A stretch of DNA of 36,136 nucleotides from a virus. Taxonomy: Duplodnaviria > Caudoviricetes. Under the pieces are notes generated by a model. That model was not told the origin of the DNA, did not search any database, and saw only the letters and a list, made by a program, of their open reading frames with translations. The position numbers were made by a program, and so were the translations under genes. Within the stretch, counting starts at the first letter, position 1. Each line of letters opens with the position of its first letter. The DNA lies in IMG/VR virus record IMGVR_UViG_3300036773_000038, positions 1 to 36,136 of that record; one strand, 5' to 3'. This document shows, one piece after another, positions 25,210 through 32,869 of the stretch.

Positions 25210-28200
25210 GCGTAGCAGTCCATCCAGTTGTCGCCGGGTGCGCCGACTTCCACGGTGATGCTGATCGACCGCATGGTGGGCAACGGTGCCCACTCGAACG
25301 TGCCGCAGGCGGCGATGGTGGCGCTGACCTCGTCCACCTGGTCGGCCGGGACTTCCCAGCCTGCCTCGTCGTGGACCTGGACCCACATCATGCGGGTGAT
25401 GTCCGGATCGGTGTCGTCGATGTTGAGCAGCCATTGCATCATCAGGTCCCGCGCGGTGCCCTGACCCATCAACGCCGGGCCCTGCGTCCAGGCCCGGTCC
25501 GGGTTGACGAACAGCGGACGGCCGAACCCGTTGTCCAGCACCTCGCCGTTGCGGGCCCGCTCACGGATCCAATCGCGCCACGAGACGAGCTGGCCGAACT
25601 GGTGGACCATCGTGGCGTCGAACTGTTCCGCGGTCTCCAGCGACACGCCTGCGGTGCGGGACAGCTTGTCCAGGCCCATGCCGTAGTTCCACCCGTGGCC
25701 GATGGCCTTCGCGTCGAACCGGCGGGGATGGTGGCCACTGGCGCGGTCCCACTCGCCCCAGACCAGCGCGGCCACCTCGTCGTGTGAGTCCACACCAGGC
25801 TCGAACAGGGCCATGTACGCCGGGTCCTGGCTGTGCACGGCGATGGCCCGGGCGTCGATCTGGCTCATGTCGGCCGTGATCAGCTTGTGTCCCGGTGCGG
25901 CGCGGAAGATCTGCCGCTCGGTGACGCGCCCGTTGCGCTTGCCGTAGACGGTCATCCCGGGGTCGGTGAGGCTCCAGCGCCCGGACGCCTGGAACATCGC
26001 CACACCGGGGTGAACGCGGCCGTCCTCGCGCAGGTTGGCCAGCGCGGTGCCGTAGACGGTGCGCAGGCCGGACATGTCCTTGACGACGGTGGCCAGGTCG
26101 GCGATTTCCTGCCAGCGCGGCCCCTGAGCGCTCCGCTGGGCGTCGATCAGCTCGTCCATGGGTTCGCGGCCGGTGGCAAGCTCGCCGGTCGCCGTACGGG
26201 GCAGCTGGCGGACACCCAGGGCGGTGAACGCGTCGGCGATGGCAGCCTTGCCGCCCTTGGTAGCCGCCGGGTTGTCCGATTCGGTCTTGCCGTCGGCCTT
26301 GAGGGTCGGAATGCCGTAGCGGCCGACCAGTTCGGCCTTGAGGGCCAGTCGGCGCACGGCGATCGCACCGTGGCGCTCCCGGCCCAACGGCTCATCGACG
26401 AGCACGCCGTGCGCCGTCATGGTGGCGGCGATGGCAGCCACCCGCTGCTCCCGCCAGGCGTACTCGGTCATCTGCGGGAGCAGCACCGCGGCGAGCCGGG
26501 CATGCGCGTCCACGTCCCCGGCGAGGTAGTCCCGGTAGGCCGCGTCACGGAGCGGGATGCGGTCCCAACCGCCGTGATACTCGGCGAGCTCCACGGCGTG
26601 GTCGGTCTTGCCCGGGATGCCATGGCGGGCACACGACGCATCGAGGGAGTACATCGCCATCGCCCGGCGGACGAACCCGGGCCGGTCATCGTGCGGGGGC
26701 GGGTTCAGGGTGGCGTCGATGACCATGGTGTCCACCGCGCGGCGTTCGCGGGTCATCCGCAAGATGTCGATCCCGGCGTCGGGGAACTGGCGCGCCAGCG
26801 CGGAGGCATCGAACCCGAGCAGGTTGTGCGCGATGGCCAGCGGTGCCCGGGCGAGAAGGTGCGCTACTCCGTGTAGTGCCACCTGCGGTCCAGCGGGATG
26901 ATCAACGGTGTCGGTGTAGCCGCCCGGCCCCGAGACCCCGGCGATGTGCACGTAGCCCTCGGGGTGGTGGCCGTACCGGGTCTCGATCGGGCCGCCCTCG
27001 GTGTCCAGGACGAGTGGACCGATCGACGGGTCGGCAGGAGGCGCCTCGATAGTGGCAGTGACTGCCGCGTGCCCTGGTTGACCTGCGGAAACGTCAGGCA
27101 TGGGGCAAACCCCACTTGCTACATAGGGGGTCTGACCTGCGGAAACCCCATGATCACCAGGTGCCAATGAGGGAAATGAGGCAAGCGCCCTGTTGTGCTC
27201 GTCCGGTGGAGTAGGGGGTCGTGTTTGATCTTGTATGGGTACCCCCTCTCTGACTACTGACTTACTCTCAATATTTGAAACATTAGGAACATTAGGAACA
27301 TAGGTAGGGGGGTTACCAGGGGAAACTCTCGAATCAAGATCAACTCTTTGCGCCATGTTTGCGCCATCCGACCCCCGATTTGCGTCATGGCCACCCGTTG
27401 GCAATCGCAAACCAGTCACCATCTGACCCTGTGTGACTCGGCGACCACGTTGGATACGGGGGTCGTGTGCAGCAAGCGCCTTCGGGAGCTCGCGAGGTGC
27501 ATTCGGTGGGCACGCCCGGGCCGCCGGGTTCATCCCTCGATGGTTTGTCCACATTGTCCAGATATCCTTGGACATCATCTCGTCGGCGGCCGACCCAGTT
27601 ACCTCGAACGTCTCGGCAACGAACATGCCGAACTCGTTGGCCTCGATCCGGGCCACCGTGTCGGCGAGCTGGACGATCGCGGGCGCCACGAGACCCTCGC
27701 GTGTGTACGCTGCGTAACCATCGAGCAGCCACCGCAGCACGCCGGACAGCTCCGTGGCGACGATCCGGTCGGACAGCCCCGGGTCTTCGCGCCCCTCGAA
27801 CGACACGGAGAACGGCACCTCCCGGTAGCGGGACCAGAACGCGGACTCGCCGGGCTGAACCTCGGGGCGGTGGTTGGTGGCCAAGATCAGCGTGTGTGAG
27901 GGGCTGAACGTCGACTCGTCCTGGTTCATCCCCCGGGCCACCAGCTGGTCGCCACCGGTCAGCATGTTGATCCGGGTGACGTCCCAGCGTGCCTCGCGCG
28001 AGGTCTCCTGAATGACGGCGAGGCGCTTCCCGCGCAGCGTTTCCACCTCCGTGAGGTGGCCCGGGTTGCGCGCCTCGACGACCAGGGACCGGTTCGCCGT
28101 GGTGCCGTAGGACCCGAACGCGGCTTGCACGATGCGCAGCAGGGTCCCCTTGCCGTTGCGCCCGTCGCCGACGAGCACCGGCAGGACGTGCTCGCGCACG

Positions 28201-29456
28201 GTACCGAGCATGGTCATCCCGAGCACCCGTTGCAGGTAGGCCCGTACCTCGGGATCGGGCAGCGCCTGCGCGAGGAACCGGTCAAACTCCGGTGCCGCGG
28301 CGATCGGGTCCCAGGCGCACCCGGCCATTTTGGTGATGTGGTCGGCCGGGTCGGCCGGGCGCGCACCGCCGGTGCGCAGGTCGATGGTGTCGGTGCGGGT
28401 GGCGAACAGGTGGGGATCGGGGTCCCACGCACCGAAGTGGGTGATGGGGTCTTCGGCCGCGGCCATCGAGAGTACCGCGTCCCGGACCGACCGCGATCGC
28501 GCCCACCGGCGCTCTACCCGTTTGACCGGCACCCCTTGCACCATGGCCTCACCCACCGGCCGCACGATCCCGTCGACCAGCTGGTGGTATGCCCGGCGCA
28601 CGACTGCGGTAGCCCCGTCGGCCTGCCACGTCCCACCGTAGATCAGCCAGTGCTCGCCGACGGCGTCAAACCGTACGGTCGTACCGAAATGCTTGGCGAA
28701 CGCTTGCGCCACCGAAAGCTCGTCCGCGTCGACGTCCTGGCTACTCGCCTCAACGGGCCGTTCCCGCCGGGCTGGTGCGGCCGGGAGCCGGGTCTTGGCG
28801 TTGGAGAGCAGCCCGGCCAGGCGCGCGGCCCGCTGCTCGGGGGGCATGACGGCCAGCACGTCGTCCATGCCGTTTTTGCCGCCGATCGAGCCGGACACCA
28901 GCCAGCGCACCCGGGTGGCGTCGGCGCCGAAGTCGATACACGCGTCGGCGAGGCGCCGGGCCGCGGCGTGCACGTCCGCGTTGGACGTGACGTCACCGTC
29001 CATACAGATGATGACGCCGCGCCCGGCGACCGCCGTCAGCTCTGGAAGCGCCAGCTGGTCGGCCTGCCAGTTCTGGCACCCGGCGATACCCCACACTTCG
29101 AACTGCTCAGGGGCGTAGGCCGCCGCGGCGAGGTGGCCCTTGGTGCCTTCCACGATGACCACGGTCTCGGCACTGGGCCGGGGCACCGGCCGCCAGATCG
29201 CGCCCCGGCCGGTCCGGCTCAGGTACTTCGGCCACTCGAACACGGACCCGTCGGCGCGCTGCACGACGGTGCCGCGCAGATCGTCCCGGATGACGCGCTG
29301 CTCGAACGCCACGCCCGGGCCGCCGTCGGGCCCCAAGGTCGGCAGGCGCAACACGATGCCCTCAGGGACGCACTCGGGGTCCAGCAGGGTGGCGATCTCC
29401 GGCGGGATGGCGTGTTCGGCGAGCCAGGCGATCGGGTCGTCCATCGCCGCCGTCAT
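25206..29456 (-). CDS. Fused TOPRIM primase / D5-SF3 helicase / 3'-5' exonuclease / family-A DNA polymerase (1416 aa)
   Basis: IVEGTK and CMDGD (TOPRIM); DHITK, GDGRNGKGT and LATNHRP (D5/SF3); LDTEG, HNLLGFD and YLAGD (Exo I-III); ADMSQIDAR, R..AKAIGHGWNYG and VHDE (PolA motifs A-C), all in one open frame. Confidence 0.92.
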   Translation of the reverse strand: MTAAMDDPIAWLAEHAIPPEIATLLDPECVPEGIVLRLPTLGPDGGPGVAFEQRVIRDDLRGTVVQRADGSVFEWPKYLSRTGRGAIWRPVPRPSAETVVIVEGTKGHLAAAAYAPEQFEVWGIAGCQNWQADQLALPELTAVAGRGVIICMDGDVTSNADVHAAARRLADACIDFGADATRVRWLVSGSIGGKNGMDDVLAVMPPEQRAARLAGLLSNAKTRLPAAPARRERPVEASSQDVDADELSVAQAFAKHFGTTVRFDAVGEHWLIYGGTWQADGATAVVRRAYHQLVDGIVRPVGEAMVQGVPVKRVERRWARSRSVRDAVLSMAAAEDPITHFGAWDPDPHLFATRTDTIDLRTGGARPADPADHITKMAGCAWDPIAAAPEFDRFLAQALPDPEVRAYLQRVLGMTMLGTVREHVLPVLVGDGRNGKGTLLRIVQAAFGSYGTTANRSLVVEARNPGHLTEVETLRGKRLAVIQETSREARWDVTRINMLTGGDQLVARGMNQDESTFSPSHTLILATNHRPEVQPGESAFWSRYREVPFSVSFEGREDPGLSDRIVATELSGVLRWLLDGYAAYTREGLVAPAIVQLADTVARIEANEFGMFVAETFEVTGSAADEMMSKDIWTMWTNHRGMNPAARACPPNAPRELPKALAAHDPRIQRGRRVTQGQMVTGLRLPTGGHDANRGSDGANMAQRVDLDSRVSPGNPPTYVPNVPNVSNIESKSVVREGVPIQDQTRPPTPPDEHNRALASFPSLAPGDHGVSAGQTPYVASGVCPMPDVSAGQPGHAAVTATIEAPPADPSIGPLVLDTEGGPIETRYGHHPEGYVHIAGVSGPGGYTDTVDHPAGPQVALHGVAHLLARAPLAIAHNLLGFDASALARQFPDAGIDILRMTRERRAVDTMVIDATLNPPPHDDRPGFVRRAMAMYSLDASCARHGIPGKTDHAVELAEYHGGWDRIPLRDAAYRDYLAGDVDAHARLAAVLLPQMTEYAWREQRVAAIAATMTAHGVLVDEPLGRERHGAIAVRRLALKAELVGRYGIPTLKADGKTESDNPAATKGGKAAIADAFTALGVRQLPRTATGELATGREPMDELIDAQRSAQGPRWQEIADLATVVKDMSGLRTVYGTALANLREDGRVHPGVAMFQASGRWSLTDPGMTVYGKRNGRVTERQIFRAAPGHKLITADMSQIDARAIAVHSQDPAYMALFEPGVDSHDEVAALVWGEWDRASGHHPRRFDAKAIGHGWNYGMGLDKLSRTAGVSLETAEQFDATMVHQFGQLVSWRDWIRERARNGEVLDNGFGRPLFVNPDRAWTQGPALMGQGTARDLMMQWLLNIDDTDPDITRMMWVQVHDEAGWEVPADQVDEVSATIAACGTFEWAPLPTMRSISITVEVGAPGDNWMDCYA
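27075..27390. repeat. Putative replication origin inside the helicase-polymerase linker
   Basis: AT-richer tract; AACATTAGG x2 plus AACATAGG (27279-27304); TTTGCGYCAT x3 (27347, 27358, 27379); TGACCTGCGGAAAC x2 (27079, 27133). Confidence 0.65.
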
Positions 29457-29746
29457 GCGCCGGTGCCCGGCTGGTTGGCTGCCCGCTGCGCGTCGGCGAT
29501 CTGTTGTTCGACGGCGCCCAGTGGCCCCATCACCGCGGCGATGACGGTGCGCGTGGCATCCGGGTCGGGGCCTGCGAGCATGACGGCGGACGCACGCCGG
29601 ATCTCATAGGCGACGGCGAGCAGGGCCACCGCTACCGGGTCGGCATGACCCATGCGCATCATGCCCATGAGGTCATCGGCGATCCCGTTGCCGGGCAATG
29701 GTGCCGGGTAGGGCGGCGTGGAAGTGGGGTCGTCGGAGTCAGGCAT
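29453..29746 (-). CDS. Hypothetical protein coupled to the replicase gene
   Basis: AAAGGTGG RBS; ATGA overlap with the 1416-aa ORF. Confidence 0.7.
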   Translation of the reverse strand: MPDSDDPTSTPPYPAPLPGNGIADDLMGMMRMGHADPVAVALLAVAYEIRRASAVMLAGPDPDATRTVIAAVMGPLGAVEQQIADAQRAANQPGTGA

Positions 29747-29899
29747 CCGTGGCCACCTTTCCGGGTAGGGGCCGATTGCGGGCCGGGGTTGCTACACTGT
29801 AACCGCCTTTCCGGGCGATGAGCACGAACCGTCACCGTTGACCCACCAGCCGGTGGCCAGGTCCCTGGCGGTTCGTGCTCGCCGGATCATCAGGCGGAC

Positions 29900-29951
29900 A
29901 CGTGGAACATCATGGCACACATTGACACAGGTTCGTGTTAGTGTGGCGGCC
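29900..29951 (+). promoter_or_regulatory. Early-operon promoter, probably leaderless
   Basis: GGCACACATTGACAC, then TGTTAGTGT extended -10 ending 7 nt before ATG 29952. Confidence 0.6.
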
Positions 29952-30461
29952 ATGAATCCCCACCCGGAAAGTCAGCCCCCGCCTGGCGTGGACCCATTGT
30001 GGCCCTGCGCCACCACCACCCCGCATGAGACCCACCGGTGGTACGAGCCGGACCGAGACGCGTCCTGGGAGTGCCCCGGCGTGACCAAGCGTGAGCCCAT
30101 GACGGCGCGCCTGGTCCCGTCCGCGGCGAGCCAGCTGGCGTCCGCCCTGGCCCTCTACGACGCGGTGGCGCAGCGCTACCACGCGGCTGATGAGCAGTTC
30201 GAGGCGGTCAAAACCGCCATCAAAGCCGCGGCCATCGAGCAGGCGTACACCGAGGGCCAGTTGCATGTCGACGCCAATGGCAACGCGCAGCACGGCGACC
30301 GCGTGATTGTGGACCTGCCGGGCGTGCTCGCCACGCCGCTGGTCGTCGGTCACGTGATCAGCCGCCGGATTGACACCAAGCGCCTACACCGTGAGCACCC
30401 GTCCATCGCGGAGGACTACTCCACGTCCTCCCCTAGCTGGTCCGTGAAAGGCTTGTCATGA
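29952..30461 (+). CDS. Coiled-coil protein, Gp157/YqaJ-C-terminus-like (recombination module)
   Basis: Helical core, then RRIDTKRL.REHP.I...Y motif; N-terminal Cys/His segment. Confidence 0.65.
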   Translation: MNPHPESQPPPGVDPLWPCATTTPHETHRWYEPDRDASWECPGVTKREPMTARLVPSAASQLASALALYDAVAQRYHAADEQFEAVKTAIKAAAIEQAYTEGQLHVDANGNAQHGDRVIVDLPGVLATPLVVGHVISRRIDTKRLHREHPSIAEDYSTSSPSWSVKGLS

Positions 30462-30697
30462 ACGATGACGGGGTGATCCACAGTGGACACTGGTACCGGG
30501 CGTTCCAGACGATCGGCGACAGTGTCCGCTTCGACGAGATCAATATCCGGCCCGGCACCTACGACATTGCGCCGTCGGCCGATGGCGGCGTGGTGCCCAC
30601 TCGCGTGGTCAGCTCCGACCAGCTGGACGAACTGCGGAACACCGATGCGGCCCAGCCCACCGAGGGCGACGATTTCGAGGGGGATGACCCGCGATGA
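30458..30697 (+). CDS. Hypothetical protein
   Basis: ATGA overlaps on both sides. Confidence 0.65.
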   Translation: MNDDGVIHSGHWYRAFQTIGDSVRFDEINIRPGTYDIAPSADGGVVPTRVVSSDQLDELRNTDAAQPTEGDDFEGDDPR

Positions 30698-30831
30698 CCG
30701 ACCCGCGTCCGGTGACCGCCCGGCGTCCGATGCCGCTGCTGTGTGACCTGTTCATCGGGGACGGGGACGGGGAACGCTGCCGCAAGCCGCACGGGCACGC
30801 AGGCCGATGTGACATGCTGGGGGGCCTGTGA
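30694..30831 (+). CDS. 45-aa Cys/His protein
   Basis: MTDPRP...LCDLF...ERCRKPHGHAGRCDMLGGL*; ATGA overlap; not in the ORF track. Confidence 0.55.
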   Translation: MTDPRPVTARRPMPLLCDLFIGDGDGERCRKPHGHAGRCDMLGGL

Positions 30832-30845
30832 GGACCCGGGATGGC

Positions 30846-30938
30846 ATGAGCGGCAAGGAATTCGCCGGGTGGGCCGTGGTGCTGCTCTGCGCGGCGCTCG
30901 TCACGTTCGCGATCGTGCTCGCCGCGGTGACGGCATGA
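30846..30938 (+). CDS. 30-aa single-TM peptide
   Basis: MSGKEFAGWAVVLLCAALVTFAIVLAAVTA*; ATGA overlap with the next gene. Confidence 0.55.
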   Translation: MSGKEFAGWAVVLLCAALVTFAIVLAAVTA

Positions 30939-31099
30939 TCACCGGCGTGTGGGTCTCACCGGACGGCGAGGAAGCCGCGGTGCAACACGACGGGGACATC
31001 GTGGAACGGTCGGGGAGCCAGGAGACCGACACGTACTGGGCCGAAGTGGACGAGATCCCGGGCGACTGGACACGCGTCTTTCCCTTGGAGGACCGATGA
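30935..31099 (+). CDS. Small acidic protein (54 aa)
   Basis: MITGVWVSPDG...; ATGA overlaps on both sides. Confidence 0.65.
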   Translation: MITGVWVSPDGEEAAVQHDGDIVERSGSQETDTYWAEVDEIPGDWTRVFPLEDR

Positions 31100-31905
31100 C
31101 GGCCGACTTGCTGGGCGAATTCCTCTCCAGTGGCCGCAACGCCACGCCGATGATGAACGGCAACACACCCTGGGCGCATGCCTACGCGCAGCACATCAAG
31201 GCCCTGGTGGCCCGGCAGGCTGCGCGGGCGCCGCGGAGTCAGCAGGTGCACATCGGCCCGTCGGAGTTGGGCGTGGCGTGCGACCGGCAGGTGGTGGGCA
31301 AGCTTGTCGGCGAGGCGCGCACCAACCACGTCATCGACCCGTGGCCCTCGGTGGTGGGCACCGCGGTGCACGCCTGGCTGGCCGACGCGTTCACCGCCGA
31401 CGACCCGCAACGGTGGATGACCGAGCACCGGGTGACGCCGATGGACGGCCATGACGGGACCGCCGACCTCTACGACGTGCACGAGGCCGCGGTGGATGAT
31501 CACAAGGTGTTGGGGCCCAGCTCGCTGGCCAAGGTGAAACGGCCGGAGGGCCCACCCCGGCACTACCAGCGCCAGCTCGCTCTCTACGGCCTGGGCTATC
31601 TGCGCCAGGGCTATCCCGTCCGGCGTATCGCGCTGCTCGCCTACCCGCGTACCGAGGGCAGCCTTGCCAACCTCTACGTGTGGGAACACGCCTTCGACGA
31701 CGAGGTGGTGGGCTGGCTGTCCGACACCATGATCGAGACGCAGCGCCGCAAGGTGCTTGCCGGTCAGGTGGTCGCCGGGACGCTGGCACTCGCCGACGTG
31801 CCCCGCGAACCCAGCCACGACGAGTGTGCATTCTGCCCGTTCTACCGTCCGCAGGCTGGCCATGTGCCGGGCCTGCCGGGCTGCCCGGGGACGGTGGCGA
31901 CATGA
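31096..31905 (+). CDS. Cas4-like PD-(D/E)XK exonuclease
   Basis: IGPSELG.ACDR, GTAVH, GTADLYD, DHK, QL.LYG and CAFCPF...C (four-Cys cluster); GGAGG RBS. Confidence 0.88.
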   Translation: MTADLLGEFLSSGRNATPMMNGNTPWAHAYAQHIKALVARQAARAPRSQQVHIGPSELGVACDRQVVGKLVGEARTNHVIDPWPSVVGTAVHAWLADAFTADDPQRWMTEHRVTPMDGHDGTADLYDVHEAAVDDHKVLGPSSLAKVKRPEGPPRHYQRQLALYGLGYLRQGYPVRRIALLAYPRTEGSLANLYVWEHAFDDEVVGWLSDTMIETQRRKVLAGQVVAGTLALADVPREPSHDECAFCPFYRPQAGHVPGLPGCPGTVAT

Positions 31906-32123
31906 GCTTCTACCCCGGCCCCATCGTCGTCGGCGCGCAGTTCACCGACGGGCCGCACCGGTTCACCGTGGTGGCCAACGGGGACGCTGTCGAGGGCTAC
32001 CAGGGCCAGAACGTGTGGTTCGTCAGTGAGTTGTCCTACGGGAAGCTACAGCTCGTGGCCATGACCGAAGAACGCCTGCGCGATCTGGTGGAACCGGAAG
32101 GTGATCCACATGAACGAGGATGA
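31902..32123 (+). CDS. Hypothetical protein
   Basis: ATGA overlap; GC-rich third codon positions. Confidence 0.65.
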   Translation: MSFYPGPIVVGAQFTDGPHRFTVVANGDAVEGYQGQNVWFVSELSYGKLQLVAMTEERLRDLVEPEGDPHERG

Positions 32124-32280
32124 TCCGGAGTGGCTGGACCTGGTCCGGCGTGACCCGTGGCTGGACCACGACATCACGGACGAGGACCACCCGGCGCCGC
32201 GCGTGCACCCGGTGTGGGCGGCCACCGTGCTGCTGGGCATGGCCCTGTTCGTGGTGTTGATGTTCATCGGCGTGGGGTGA
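32110..32280 (+). CDS. 56-aa tail-anchored membrane protein
   Basis: GAAGGTG RBS; MNEDDPEWLD...WAATVLLGMALFVVLMFIGVG*; not in the ORF track. Confidence 0.65.
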   Translation: MNEDDPEWLDLVRRDPWLDHDITDEDHPAPRVHPVWAATVLLGMALFVVLMFIGVG

Positions 32281-32285
32281 TCACC

Positions 32286-32732
32286 ATGCCGGACGAGGAC
32301 CAGCGGATGGCGAACAAGCACGCCGTGTTTCACCGGATCTTCGGTGCCGATGCCGCATGCACTATCTGCGCCGGTCTGGGGGTCCTGCGGTACCACGAGC
32401 CGAACCCGACCTACGACCACATCGCCACCCACTACTACGCGCAGGCTCACCTGCTGTCCCGGGCGCTGGTGCGCGCGGTCGGCCGGGAGAAAGCGCTCCG
32501 GCGCCACCGCGCCACCATGTCGTGGGCGCTTGTCGTGCTGGCGATCGCGGCGTGCGAGGCGTTCACCCCGATAGGCCCGTTGGGGCGGTGGGTCATCGCC
32601 GGTCTGATCCCGAGCCTGGTGACCCTGGCGGCATGCGTCTACGTCCGGGTGGACGTGTGGTTACAGGACCGGCGCCGACGCGACGAGCTGGCCAATCCGG
32701 ACCGGGCAGCCAAGGACGAAACCGCACCATAG
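32286..32732 (+). CDS. Membrane protein with an N-terminal CxxC
   Basis: H...CTIC, then two TM segments. Confidence 0.65.
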   Translation: MPDEDQRMANKHAVFHRIFGADAACTICAGLGVLRYHEPNPTYDHIATHYYAQAHLLSRALVRAVGREKALRRHRATMSWALVVLAIAACEAFTPIGPLGRWVIAGLIPSLVTLAACVYVRVDVWLQDRRRRDELANPDRAAKDETAP

Positions 32733-32734
32733 TG

Positions 32735-32808
32735 TGTTACGCTCGTCGTGCGGTACCTGGCCGGAACCAAACGGATTCCCGCCGCTCCCGGCCAGGTACC
32801 GTGTCGAC
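32735..32808 (+). promoter_or_regulatory. Extended -10 followed by a long leader hairpin
   Basis: TGTTACGCT at about 32736-32743; CGGTACCTGGCCGG / CCGGCCAGGTACCG perfect 14-bp inverted repeat (32751-32801). Confidence 0.55.
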
Positions 32809-32869
32809 AATCCTTAGCCCTTAGTGCTCCACCTGACGTGACGTTACCCCCAAGAGATCGCGAGTGATC

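Noticed and set aside
28056-29609. 517-aa plus-strand ORF
   Set aside because: Antisense to the primase-helicase domains
31096-31905. Cas4-like gene as evidence of a CRISPR system
   Set aside because: No cas1/cas2 and no repeat-spacer array; stand-alone Cas4-like nucleases are common in phage recombination modules
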